Origin: Chromera velia
Taxonomy: Eukaryota
Direction of reading: 5' to 3'
DNA: 55,753 nucleotides
Assembly: GCA_018398765.1 (NCBI GenBank)
Contig: JAHBMJ010000128.1
Location: 1 to 55,753 of the forward strand
Positions 12,132 through 24,963 of this stretch are shown one piece after another. Position 1 is the stretch's first letter, and each line of letters starts with the position of its first letter. Both the position numbers and the translations under genes were made by a program. The notes under the pieces were generated by a model. That model saw only the letters and a list, made by a program, of their open reading frames with translations, did not search any database and had not been told where the DNA came from.

Positions 12132-12299
12132 AATGAATGAAGTTGGCTTTGCTAGAGTGGAGCCGTGCTCCCAGCAGCCCATGTTCATGCAAGAGATCGT
12201 CAATCACTCAACTCTAGAGATAAGGCTAAGCGCGAGATCCCCTGAAGTACTCGCTTGGTGAGCTCATGAGCAGCATACGCGTTGGAGGTGGCAATAGAA

Positions 12300-15200
12300 G
12301 ACTCGAACAGAAGAAGAAAAGGTCGCGTTCACACAGAAACAGGTATGCACAGTGAGTAACAAAGATCGCAAACGGCTCTGCATACTTCATACGGATCGAC
12401 TTGTAAAGCCAAAAGCAGCATCTTTCTCGCTTCTGTTTTGGCTGCATCCGTTCCCTCAATTCCTTCTCTCTGAATCCTTTGCTTCACTTTCTTTCCCTCT
12501 ACCACTTTGTTTAGTTTATTTCTTGTTTCTACCTAATTGGAGCATATTGAAAGCCGGTGCTAGAGATCATTAATTTTTCTTCCATTTGAACAACCCTCTG
12601 CCAGATAAAACACCTCTCCCGGAGAGTTAGCCCCCCCCGTCAGACCCTTCCGATTTAGTGTCAATGCCCTTAGGAGTGGCTCAATCTTCTCACATAAGGC
12701 ACTTCTTGGCAGACAGGACATCCGTACCTTGGGGCCATTCTTTGAAGACAAAAGAAATAGAGAAGAACGTGAAGAAGACGGAAGAGCTCTCTGTAGTCCT
12801 GATAAAGAGGCAGACAAGGGGAAGTTGCCCCTTTCTTCCCTGTCTCCCTTTTTTATGCATTCCATTCCCCAGGCATCCTTAATTTTAGCAGAAACAAACA
12901 AAATTTTAATTCCCCTTCGGGGCCCGTCTTTCTGAGCTATGGACAGGGAGAGACGTCAAAAAGTTAAGGCCTGCCCATCTAAACAGACCATTGACGGCTC
13001 ATCTTTACTTCTACCCCGCTGGTCCCTTCTATAAATTCAAAAGAGCCTGAGGAATACGGAGATACGAACGGCTAAGTACAATCTAGAATGATTCAGAAGC
13101 AAAACGAGCATACAAGAGCGCGCGAGCAGACATTAAATTAACAGATAAAAGAGAGGGTACACGCAAACTCCTGACCAGAAGTCGGGCTGCCCATCGAACA
13201 AACCAGAGCCGCAAGTTATTAATCGCCTCCCAGTCTCCCTGTCTTATCGGAAAGCACTCCAGGCTATAGAGTACCACCGGCTCTCAGTACGCCTTCAGCA
13301 GCTACATCTTTCCCCCGAGAGGCAACCTAGACAGACTCGCAGCCAGACCAATCACCGCCCCCATTGTACGCTCTGCACTGTGTAGGCGTGCTTCAATCGA
13401 CCGAGTCAAATCCCTTCCCTCAAACAGAAGGCAACCCAAATATTTGTATTGATCACACCAGTCTACTTCTTTCCCTTGGTACAAAATCATGCCGTTACAG
13501 TCCTCGCGGTATTCACAAAGGCACAGGACCTTAGTTTTCTTTAGATTGACATTCAACCCCCACTTTCCGCAATATCTCTCCAGGGCATCGAATTTTACTT
13601 GGAGGTCAGCTGCTGAGTGTGCAAACAAGACAAGATCATCAGCGTAGCCTATACTTCCCAAACTGGCCCCAGCAAGGTGAACCCCCTCCGTTTCCTTTCC
13701 ATCTCCCCGTTTTCCTTTCTGAATCTCATTATGCAGGTCATTAATGAATAATAGAAAAAGCGACGGGGACAACGTATCACCTTACTTAACCCCTGCCCCC
13801 TCCGGGAATAGAGCCGAGTCCCTATCGACTCTCGCTTTCACGCCTCTATACATTGATGCAATCATCAACAGATCTCTCTTCTCTATTCCCTTAGCCTGCA
13901 GCTTTGCCAGAAGCTTCAGCCGAGGGATGGAGTCAAACGCCTTTGAGAAGTCGACAAATCCGCCTAGGAGCCCCTTCTTGCCTCTTCTGTATTCCTGTAC
14001 CAAGCCTACCACAGTGTGACTGCTTCGATCCCCTTTCTTGTGCCCACCCCTTTCCTAAACCCGATCTGTCTGTCGTCAAAACGAGTTTGCTAACGGATTT
14101 TATCATCCATAAGGAGACCAAAGAGCTTTGTAAGGGGGTTAACAACATGGACTGGACGCCAGTCATTCGGCTGTGGCGAAGGGGGACCTTTCGGGACGGG
14201 TACGATTCTCAACAAATTCTAGTTATCAGGCTAACATGCATATGCATGCATTAAATTAAAGAAAACAAACAAAAAGAAGCGAGGGATGGAAGAGTAACAA
14301 AAGCAAAAGTCGAGTTGTTGAGGAGAGATACCATCGAGCCCTGCCGCTTTCTTTCTATCCATTCCTTTCAGACGATCAGTCACCTGCTTATACGAGAAAA
14401 TGAATTGTTTTGGGGGCTCCGGCTCCGGATCAGGCTCTGGCAATTCTTCGCCCTCCCCAAAAACCCGTGTCCAATGGTTTGAGAAGTCTCTTGCCCCTGG
14501 TCTCAGACCGTCTTTCGACAACTTTTTCTTTTCTTTCCAAAGGAAGAGGGGGTCATTAAGCAAATGTGTCTTCGCTTTTTCAGTTTCCGCTCTCTCATAT
14601 CTCTTCCTTTTCTGCCGGAAGATCTCTCTCCTTTTCTTTAAGATGTCTTCCACCCTTTCCTACTTTAACTCTCTCTCCACCCCACTTGCACAGTCCTCAA
14701 CTTCTTTCCTTACTTTCTTCAGGCATTCCTGCAGCTCTTTACATTCCTCATCCCACCACCCTTCCTTCTCTCTAAACAACGTTTTGAAGGTAGGAGGCTG
14801 TTGCTTCTCTGTCGCTTTCACTATTACTTCCTTCACCGGCCCAACCAAAACCTGACACCAGGCTATGGCCAAGGCTTTCACCCGGTCTTTCTTATCTTGA
14901 GAGCTCACTGGGGAGAAGGTCAAAGAAGAGGGTAAAAAGGCTGTTGAAGAGGGTGGGGAGGAAGACACAGGAGGGGGTGGGGGAAGGGGAGGCTTTTCGA
15001 ATGGTTTAACTTCTCTATGATGCTCCCAGAGTCCCTGCCATGTCTCTCCCACCAGCTCTCTTGCTGCTGCTGCTATTGGCAGCAAATCCTTATCTTTCAC
15101 CACTGCCTTTCTGATAGATCTGTAAAGCGGGGGACACTCAGTCTGCTGCAGGGATGGGGCATCCGTCCGCTTTCTTGCAGCCTCAAGCGAAGAAGAGAGG

Positions 15201-17106
15201 AGAGAAAAACAGATAGATGCATGGTCATGATCAGAGCCAATCAGTCTATCGAAAGCGATTTCCCAGTCCGTGCAAGAGGAGAGAAGGAAAGGCTCAACCA
15301 ATGCATAATCGACAACGGATGCCTTTTTTTTCATGTTCTTTGATTTACAGGTACAAGCACCCAAAAAGTGGAAGTTTTTGCCCCCACACTTCCCTTGCAG
15401 ACCATTTAGGATGAGTAGGTTGCTCTTACCGCAAAGACGCACCAATTCATCGCCCATGAGGTCGACTGACTGCTTGCATTCTGAATGCCGGATGAAAGAG
15501 GGAGCCGACTCGTCAGAGCCGGTAGATTTGTCCTGTTCAAACAGTTGCCCAGGATTCCATTCGAGACCTTCTGGACAGAGCGATGCTGTGTGAGAGTTGA
15601 GGTCTCCCAGGACCATTCTCGGCTCTCCCAGGGGGACAGAGCACAGGAAATCAGACAGGATCTCTTTCGTGTCATCTTTCTTATGATTTGACCAACCCCC
15701 CGGCAAATACACCCCAAACACATGCAGTTTTCTACCCGACAAATGGATGGCCACCCTGGCGATGCTCGGCCCTACTAGCTTAAACTCTGGTCTGAGCTCC
15801 CCCCAATGGTCCGATTTGACCAAAATGCATACGCCTCCAGACCGGATTTCTTTGTCTGCACAAGCGGAATGGACTTTTGTCTTTTTCTTTCTCCATTCCC
15901 TATGTGACCAATTTACTCCTTTCCAACCCCCCAGTTCTAGATCGCAGGACAGGTGCTGTGTTTCGACCAGAACCACAACATCCGCATCCGTTTCAGTGAG
16001 CCATGAACGGATGTCTCCATTTCTTATCTTCCGCTGCAATCCTCCCACATTGATGTAAGCAAAGCGTAGACGGTCCCGTGGGTGAGACACCGTCAAGTCC
16101 TGGTAGCAAGCATTCCCTCGCTTCTTGAACTTGCCTCTTCTCACCTTCCAATACTCCCTCACGGCTTTTTGTATGATTATTCTCTCATCCTCTGACCTTT
16201 CTTTTATTAAGTCCCTTTCTTTTACCCATTCGAGACCAGACTCAGGAGAACGCCTGATTTCAAACCATCTCTCACCACCATGCAACCTTTTATGCCCTAA
16301 TACAAGTAGAGGAGGAGAAAAAAAAGAAGAAGAAGAAGAACAAGAGGAGGAGGAGGGGGAGGAGGGGGGAGAAGAAGAATCCAAAAAAGAAGAAAAAGAA
16401 GAAGAAGACGATTTGGGAGGAGCATGCAAGGCAGCAGAGCAAAAGGAAGAAGAATCATTCAGAATATCATGATCTTTCCTTCGTTTCTTTCTCCTCCTTC
16501 TCTTACTACGTGGAACGAGGAATGTCAAGGCTGGCACAAAAGAGGAAGGTCGATAAATAGGAGGGAGATCACCCTACAGGGAAGGGGACTCAGAGTTAGA
16601 AAGGCGTGGCGATCCAAAAAAAGGGGACAGAAGGCCCTGTCCCCTCGAGTGAGAAAGCTCCTTAGATGACGGCGAAGGCTGTGAAAGCAAAACTTCACTC
16701 AAGCTGCGATTCAGTGCAGGATCAGATCCTCCGTCAAGTCCCAGCTCACTCTCATCATAAGCAAACAATGAGGAAGAGGAAGAAGACAAAAAATGTGAAG
16801 ATGCAGAGAGAAAAGGTTCTTTGGCCATAGCAGATCCAGAAAGAGGAGAAAAAGAGGAGAGAGAAAGAGAGTTCACAGGATTTTGAACCTGCATGCATGC
16901 ATTCAACGGGTCGATCAGGCCAGGATGGGGGAGGGGTCCAGCTGGATGGTCCCCCTCCTTCCCAGCACAACCTGACAAATCTTGCGCGGCCCTATTTCTA
17001 TTAATCCCTCCCCCCCTTCCTTCTTTCCCCCCACTGCCTGCCGCCGAGGAAGAAAAAGAAGAAGGAGAAGAAGAAGAAGAAGGAGAAGAAGAAGAAGAAG
17101 AGGAAA

Positions 17107-17152
<46 letters not shown>

Positions 17153-17460
17153 AAAAGAAGAAGGAGGAGAAGAAGAAGAAGAAGAAGAAGAAGAAGAAAA
17201 AGAAGAAGAAGGGTCCATCCAGTGGCCTAGTCTCTCCCCCCCCTCCCCTCCTTATCCGTTGCCCCCCTCGTTCCTTCCCTTGTCAGGTCCGGTGGAAGAG
17301 GAAGAAAAGAAAAGAGCAGACGAAGAAGAAGAAGAAGAAAAAGAAGAAGAAGAAGAAGAAGAAGAAGAAGAGGAAGCAGGAGCAGGAGCAGCAGCAGCAG
17401 CAGCAGCAGCAAAAAAAAAAAAAGAAGAAGAAGAAGAAGCAGAAGAAGAAGAAGAAGAAA

Positions 17461-17506
<46 letters not shown>

Positions 17507-18598
17507 AGGAGAAGAAGAAGAAGCAGGAGCAGCAGCAGCAGAAGAAGAAAAAAAAAAAGAAGAAGAAGAAGAAGAAGAAGTAGAAGTAGAAGAAGAAGAA
17601 GAAGAAGCAGCAGCAGCAGCAGCAGAAGAAGAAGAAGGGGAAGAAGAAGAAGACGAAGAGGAAGTGGAAGGAGAAGAGAAGGGAAAAGAAGAGGAAGAAG
17701 AAGAAGAAGAAGAAGCAAAGGGGGAAGAATTTCCAAAAGGATTCTGACATTTGCCCTGTCTTCCTAGAGAACAGTTCCAGCAAGCCCTTTTAAGCTTAGC
17801 GCACCTACAGCGGTTGCAGGTGCTATTCGCAGCACAACTACATTTGTAGCACTGGGTCCCCTCCTCCTTCAACTTCTTTCTCCCCGAGGCGTCCGGAGGA
17901 CCCGGGCCGTCACCCCCTCTTTTGTCTTTTCCTTTTTCATTTTCTCCATTCCCTTTGAAGCTTCTTCCATTACCCCCCTTTCCTTTCTCCCCCCGTCTAT
18001 CCGTTCCTTTCCTTGTCTCTTCATTTTCTTTCCCTCGTATCTTCCCCGTTGGTTGGTTCTTCCCCCCTCCCCCCACCCCAGTGAGAGAGAGAGGAAGAGG
18101 AAGTGAGAGAAAAGGAAAAGAAACATCGCATACATTTGTTACCTTCCATTTGATACCTTCTGCACTCATGTGTTCTTCTTTATCTAAAGAGATGACATTG
18201 TCAGCTACTCCGAGAGGAGAATGGCATGTATCGAGAGTCGATGCACCCGAGAGAGGCGAAGGTGTCCGACTTGTGTGAATGTCATGTATGATCACTGGAG
18301 AAGATGGCGTTCTGTCATACGTTCTTTGTCCAAAGTCTACCGAGAAGGCCTCTCTTCTATGCATGCACGAGCCGAGCTTACTGTGATCGCATACTTCATT
18401 CCCTTCCTGCCCGCCCAGAAAGTCCTCTTCTATGTCCCCCCCTCCAAGTTGCTGTTTCCCCTCCCCTCCCTTCAACCTCCCACCCTGACTCTTTGGAGTT
18501 CCCGTTTCCAACAAATCCGGAGGTCTTTGGCCCACCTCTTTCCAGAAGGCCATCCGCGAGTCCCTTTCCGTGCCCTCCTGAAGTGTCGCCCTGTCCAT
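12300..18598 (-). pseudogene. LINE polyprotein pseudogene: CXC-like Cys cluster, poly-Ser/Ala linker, APE, RT
   Basis: Track ORFs 17252-18625, 16574-17218, 14660-16537 and 14231-14653 share one frame and are separated by single stops. Frameshift near 14015, then 13782-14012, 13302-13772 and 13083-13277 share a frame. 3' end approximate. Confidence 0.8.
17046..17720. repeat. (GAA)n/(GCA)n trinucleotide tracts inside the LINE ORF
   Basis: Visible GAA/GGA/GCA runs encoding poly-Ser/Ala on the minus strand; a smaller tract lies at ~16310-16455. Confidence 0.95.
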
Positions 18599-18740
18599 CT
18601 CCCTCCGCCCTGCCGTGACCTGCACATAGGGGGAAGAGGGGGAAACTGTGTCTTCTCAGGAAAAGCATGAAGGGGAGCGCGATCAGAAACCTTCCCTGCC
18701 CTACTGACCGGCGTCGGATAGACCGTGGTTCCCCCTGTTA

Positions 18741-18845
18741 ACATGCAGGATTTACTAAGGTATATAGCGCTAGCAAATCTAGTAAAAATAGTCATTATTT
18801 TTATAATTTGTCTCATTTTTGCCAGGGGGCCAGTATTGCTAAATG
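18741..18845 (+). repeat. Right copy of ~105-bp direct repeat (putative TSD)
   Basis: About 95% identical to 12026-12131. Confidence 0.85.
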
Positions 18846-19381
18846 TTGCGAAATGAGGGTCCATCATTTAACAATCTGCCTTCCGTGTTGTGACTTGCCG
18901 AACGCTAGACGCCTATTATAGGCCGATAGCGATGGCGTATAATAAAGATAATGATGGCCAATAACCTATAGCCAATAATAATGGTGAATGAATTCAGAAT
19001 GCCAGTGATGATGATCGATCGATAAACGTAGTTAAACGTAGTAAACCAGTAATTTTATGGATGCACTGGCAGAAGCATCAATCCTACCTTATATATATAT
19101 CCTTGTACGTATGCCATCTTTATATATAGATGAAATAACTCAAAACTTATCTAACAATTAATGATCTATTGATCCTAACTAGGATCCTAAAAATGATCCT
19201 TTATCATCAAAAAAAAAAAAAAAACAGATAGAGATATATATAGACACTTTTAAATAATATAATACCAACTATTTTATTTGGCGGCTAGTTTGGGGGAAGA
19301 GAACTTGTTTCCACACTGCGAAACTACTAATAGACCTGCATGCAAATCTGGCAGCAAATCTGCTAGCAAATCTGTTTATAG

Positions 19382-20150
19382 ATGAATGAATGAATGACTA
19401 TAGCCGTCGGAGCCTAGTTCCTGGCAGTCCATGTTCATGCAAGCCTTGTTCAAGATCCTAGCTCTACTTCAAGAGACGGTAGGCTGAAGCAAGACTTCAA
19501 CGGCGAAGCTGAATTGGAATCAGAGGAAAAATCGAGAAACAACAAGTTAGAGAGTGTTCAGCGAACTGATTCAAGTGAGTAAAAAGAAATACAAAGCTCT
19601 CGAATAATTTTCATAGCGCTTTCGGGGTCTGCCTTCAAGCCATCCCACAACCATTTCCTCGCCTCTTTCTCTCCCGGGTCTGCTCCCTCCACCCCCGAAT
19701 TACGATTCACTCTGAGTCCCTGCAACCGATGTGCCCGTCTCTCAGAGTCAATCGCCCGCAACCTCTCTCTTGCGGAGGCCCACCGAGGGCAAACCGACAG
19801 TCTATGCCATAGGTCGTCAACTTTCCTCCCTTCCATGCAAGAAGACTCTTTGCAGAAGACCTCAGCCGACACGCCTGCTCGCTCACCTTGTCTGTTGAAG
19901 GAAAGGACCCTTACCAGCGGCTCAATCCTCTCGTGCAAAGCTTTCTTAGGCAGACCAAAAACTCTCACTCTGCCCCCCCCCCTGTGCACGTAACGGGAAG
20001 AGAGAAGAAAGAGACAGGATCTGGAAGAAGAAGGAAAGGCTCTCTGCATACCAGACAGGTGTGCAGTCAGGGGAAAACGGGTAGCCTCCTGTTGCTCTCT
20101 TTTTCTTATACACTCCTTTCCCACTGCATCCTTTATTTTCGAATCGATGA
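19382..20150 (-). mobile_element. 5'-truncated LINE fragment related to the 12132-18740 element
   Basis: ORF 19558-20124 (ECIRK..RFPLTAHLSGMQRAFPSSSRSCLFLLSS...GRKVDDLWHRLSVC) aligns by eye with 12560-12901 (ECIKK..NFPLSASLSGLQRALPSSSRSSLFLLSS...GRKINDL). Same CTTGCATGAACATGG 3' UTR motif and (TCAT)n tail. 5' boundary approximate. Confidence 0.85.
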
Positions 20151-20461
20151 AAAGGTCCTGTTTAATTCAAAATTTTCTACCGCCTTATCCATCGATTGCT
20201 CGATCGATCCCCTCTTGTTGTAATGTTTTTGCTCCTTCAATCAGACCGCCGAAGACCCGAAGAAGAAGAGAAAGAAGTGCATGCCGCCGCCAGAAAGCAC
20301 TGGTACAACTGCAAAATCGAGGAAAGCACAAAGACAAACAAGAGTAGAGACAGAGCAAGAACGAGTCTCGGGATTGACTGTTGATTGCAGACAAAGTGAG
20401 TCAAACAAGAACTCCTCACCAAACAAAAAACACCTGAGAGAAAAAAACGGAGGAGAAAAAG

Positions 20462-22848
20462 TTAGAACGTGACCCCAACCGCTCCCTTTAATCTTACCTG
20501 AAGGACTTGTGCAGGGTGAAGGTGCAGAAAGAGCTCCACCCCCTCCTTAAACTCCCTCTGCGGTATCCCCTCGTCCCTCAAGGCCCTCTCAATCGAAGGA
20601 GAATCGAAAAACGCTCGTCCAACCGCCGACATCCTCCAAAAGCACCGCCTCTCCTTCTCACTCGCACCCTCCCGCAGCCACTCCTCCAACGAATCCACCA
20701 GCGCTCCTTGCTGACGCTCTGTGGTACCGTCCTGATGGAAGGCAATCAGTCGGTCAGTCAGGGCGCCGTCTGCCGTCTCTGCGTCCTCCTCCGTCCACTG
20801 CCTCTGCCTCTGGTGGAGGATCTGATCGTCCTCACCCCAGCCGCAGTTGGAGGAGCCCCCCCCTCTCTGTCCCTGGCTGTCACCCACAGCTGCGGCTGAC
20901 GGTTCTTCCTGCTGCTCACCCCTCCGCTTCCGCAACAGATTGCCTGACAGTGTGTGTCCCCCAATGAATCTTACCTTTTCTTCTTTGGTCTGGGTGCTTT
21001 TGTTCTCTTTCCTCTCTTCCCCTTTCTCCTCTGTCTCCTTCCCCTTCCGCTGATGGACAGGCTCGGACAAGGCAGGAACAGCAGAGGGTCCTTGTGGTGC
21101 GGCTTCTCCTGTGACAGAGGCAGGCACAGACGGGGCAGCACCCACTCCTGCACTCGCGACAGCGTCTCTACTTTCATGCGGATGCTCGCCGACAGCGTGT
21201 GCGACTCTCATTCTTCTCTCTGCGAATTCGAGGAGAGAGGGATCGTCTGAGAGGGGAAGGCTGTTGAGGGACAGGGAGGCCTCTCTCTCAGACTGATACT
21301 CAGACTCCCTCCCCCCTTCTCCTTCTTCAACGGCGGCAGCGACGGGGAGGGAGGCTGAAGCAGGCTCAGCAGCACCTTCTGAGTCCGCACGAGGGGGAGA
21401 AGGGGAAGGAGAGAATCCATCGATTAGGGCCACCTCTCTTCCTTCTGCTTTCCCTCCCGCGCCCTCCCCAGCAGGCTGAACGCCACCAAAAGCGCGAACA
21501 CTCTGTTCGCCCCCCTCCTCTGCCGGTGGCTGGAGGCCCGGAAAAGGGATTATCGGTTGACCTGGGCGGTCATGGCTGGAGTCTCCGGAGATGGGAGGGG
21601 CGACCGGGTGGGGGACCCTGAGCAGTTCTCTCACAATAGCACAGTGCTCTGCGGTCTCGTCACAAGAAGAGGCGATGAACCGCTTCTCGTTGTTTTCTCT
21701 CCTGCTCCCTTGGCTCATAGAAGCTCGAGAGAGGCAAATCATGCGGAAGGAGAAACTGGCGATGAAGGGGAGGAGACGGAGATCAGCAGGTGTCGAGCTG
21801 AGTGCCTCCCCACAGTCTTTCCCATTCGTCCTCCCAACACCCTCTACACCCCCTAGCCCTGCCTGTCTCGCCTTGTTTAGTCTTGCATTGACGCGCCGCG
21901 CTTGGGTGTCGATGATTTTCTCACACTTCTCAAAAAGCGCACCGTCAGATGGGAGCAGGGGCTCTCGGGGGATGACAAGATCCTCCCCCTTCACCCTTCT
22001 GTTTCGGTTCATCTCTCCCGTTCCCACCTTCCCCCCCCCTGCGGCTGCGAGGCGAGAAGACGGCTGCCGCATGGTCACCAGAGCGTGCCCCCCTTCCTGC
22101 AGGCAGAAGCGCAGCTCCTCTCTGCACATACACCACCGACAGCACTTCAGGGCCCTCAGCTGTCGGCAGCAACACGCTGCAACAGACAGACAGAAGCTGA
22201 AAGGTAGCAGCAGGAGTCTGTACAGAGACGCACCGACCCGCCTGCAATTGCAGCATGAGGGCCCCTTCTGCCCAGAGTCGCCGTCACAGCAGCGACAGCA
22301 CCGGAAGCTTCCGAGCACCCACCGCCAGATGCCCCCCCAGACCCTCTTCCACCACGGCACCTCCGGCACAGGCAGGCAGGTCCAAACTTGTCCTTCTTCC
22401 CCCTTTCTCTGTCTTTTTCTCAAGACGTTCTCCAGAAGGAATCTGACAACGATGAACCCCCCACAAACGGCACCAAACGAAAGAATCAGAAGGAATAGCA
22501 AGAGCACAAGAGCAACTCTCACCTCCAGAAGGATCGCTCTGTCCGTCACAACCTGCAAGAAATAGCGACCAAAAGCAACTCAGACGCGCACAGGCATGCA
22601 GGCAAGCCAACAGGCACACAAGCAGACACAGAGAACATATGTTTTCCTTCCTTCCTTCCCTCCTTCCTTCCTTCAATGCATCCGTCCATCCATCCATCTA
22701 CAGACAGGCTTTTTACCATTCCTTTTCGCTCTTCTGTTTTTCGGTCCCTGTGGTGGTGCAGACACAGGAGACAAAGAGTGAAGCAGGCAGATAAACAGAG
22801 AGGCAAGCAAGACAGTAAAACAAGCGGGCTAGGCGGCAGGCAGGCAGT

Positions 22849-22879
<31 letters not shown>

Positions 22880-24926
22880 AGAGACAGGCAGCCACATCGT
22901 TCTCATCGTTAAACAAACAGACAACCTTACAGACAGACACCCTGACAGAGAGACAGACTGTCATTCCCAGACACAGACAGCAAGAAGACCAATGCAACAG
23001 ACATCAAAAGAGACCGACGAGAGCAACGGGAGCAGAATTGATGGATAGATGGATGGATCGACGTCACCGCATCGAAACAGAGAAAAGAAAGAAAGAAAGA
23101 AAGTTTTAAGCCAGCCATTCTACGGCTGACTGACTGACAGACCGACCGACCCTCAGAATCACCACACCACAGAACCAAACGATGAGAGAGAACGTCTCCA
23201 GCCAGTTGAGGGCTGCAGACCTATACGGCCAGAGAAGCGTTTGAAGAAGGAGAAACAAGACGGCGTGGAAGTTCAAGATGGTGTACCGAGTGGACTCATT
23301 CTGTACAAGGAGAGCAAAGGGAATGCTCAAACGCCGTGCGTACACAACGAGTTCCCAGAAGATGAACCTATCGGAGTATCCAGATAGCAGCACACTGAAC
23401 CTTCGCTGAAAAGACCCCAGGTTCGCCCACACATTATGCAGCACCAATGCGTAGTAAGAGGGTTTCCTTCTCTCTGGTCTTGGCGGCAGCCGGCCGGCAC
23501 CCTTATGACCCTGTCCTGCTGCCCCCCCCCCCCCCCCCCCCNNNNNNNNNNNNNNNNNNNNNNNNNNNNCCCTCCGCCCCCCTCTGCCGTGCCCTCACGG
23601 AACTCCTCGCAGAGGCAATCGCCAGACAGACCCAGACAGGCACCCCAATGACCCCCGCAAGCAGGACACCCACAGACCAACCCTGCCAACGGGTGTAGGC
23701 GCGCACAGTCGGGCTGCACACAATGGAAGGGAATGTGTGGAGGCGGCGCTCCGAGAGGTCAGGGTGCAGAGGCTCGCACCTCAGGGAGGCGAGAGGGGCG
23801 CTGACGATGGACGGCGCCCACAAGAAAACCGTGGAAAGAATGACAGGGGTCATGTCCTGATGGAGAGACAGCAGCCGCACCCAGATGCTGGTCTCTCTAT
23901 CAAAAGTCCAACGGAAGACCCCTAACACTCGCCTGTTGTACGAAAGCCGCATGCAAAAGCGCTCACGAACCCACTCAAAGCTGTCAGAGAAAGAAGGAGA
24001 GACAGAGACGGTCCCCGCCGACCGCATCTCCAAAGGGGAAAGGTTCGCACCTCTGCTGGGCCCAGCAGCGGCACCAACTGCGCCCGCACCCCCCCCCAAA
24101 TTATCGGGAAGAGCACTGGGGGCATCCGCTTCAGGAGGAACTGTCACCATGCCCACTGTGTTTCTGCGAGTGGGTGGGAGAGCAATAGTGGAGCGTGTCT
24201 GTTCTCCGTCTCTCGATTCTCTCCCCTCCCCTTTCCCCTTTGCACCAGTGCAGTAGCTCGACAGAACCACCACCAGCCCGACAGAGCCGATCAAACCGAC
24301 AACCCCCAGCGGCACGAGGAGAGCGAGCATTTCCCGACCCGCCTCATTCTCCCCTGTCGACCAATCAAGGAGATCCATCAAGCACTTTATGCTGAACAGC
24401 TCTCCGATCGTGGGCAAACTGCGCAAGAAATCCAAAAACTCCTGCGCCGTCGTTGCCAAAAAAACCGCACCGCCCTCCATCGGATTTCCACCAGACGACC
24501 TCCCTTCTCCTCCCCCAACGCCCAAACCCCTCTCCGCGAGTTCTTCCCGAAAGACGATGAACGCGGGACGTGCGAGGTTCGCCAGGAAGCCCAGAGCTGT
24601 CAGAAACACCGTCAGGATCTTCGCAGCGATGGCAAAATCGGGCACGTCTTTTCTCGGGTTGTCCTTTGTGACCAAGCCTGTATAGCCGACCACCAGAGCC
24701 ACTGCCAAAAGGAAGAGCCCCACCCCCGCGACGATCGTCCGAGAGGCATCCGGGCACTCGCGGCACCGAATTTCTGTTCCCCTTCTCAACAGGTGTCGGC
24801 CCGTCTTGCACTCACTGCAAAGAGGCTGCATTCACACACACAAATTCTTTTTAACTGAATTGGACCCCAGAGAGAAAGAGGAGCTGGGCTGAAACGAAAG
24901 CATTGTCACCCTGAGACAGAGACCAA

Positions 24927-24963
<37 letters not shown>

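Larger units (their letters stand above)
12132..18740 (-). mobile_element. Full-length decayed non-LTR retrotransposon (APE-endonuclease LINE, apparently single ORF)
   Basis: APE motifs (YINVGG, VLVET, VFGVY, VLGDLNSH, VDYALV, SDH) in 14660-16537. RT motifs: KAAGLDGI, IVPVPK..DWRPV, QIGFR, FVDFSKAFDSI, GVK*GDTLSP, GYADD, GLNVNLKKT, YKYLG (13302-14400). C-terminal Cys/His remnant near 12600. 3' (TCAT)n tail at ~12131-12140. Flanked by the direct repeat. Confidence 0.93.

Noticed and set aside
16893..17783. Poly-Glu, poly-Arg, poly-Leu and poly-Phe ORFs
   Set aside because: These are alternative frames of the GAA tract; only the poly-Ser frame is continuous with the LINE ORF.
18600..18740. HDV-like ribozyme at the LINE 5' end
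   Set aside because: A GGGGGAAC/GTTTCCCCC stem and a CTT-TTCCTGAG-AAG hairpin exist, but I could not build the nested double-pseudoknot order (P3' directly followed by P1' and GG).
19338..19374. GCTAGCAAATCT shared near two LINE 3' junctions as a target motif
   Set aside because: Distances to the junctions differ (about 8 versus 65 bp), and two cases are too few.
21591..22565. Long plus-strand ORFs opposite the giant gene and other coding exons
   Set aside because: Antisense shadows of GC-rich minus-strand coding sequence, with no recognisable motifs.
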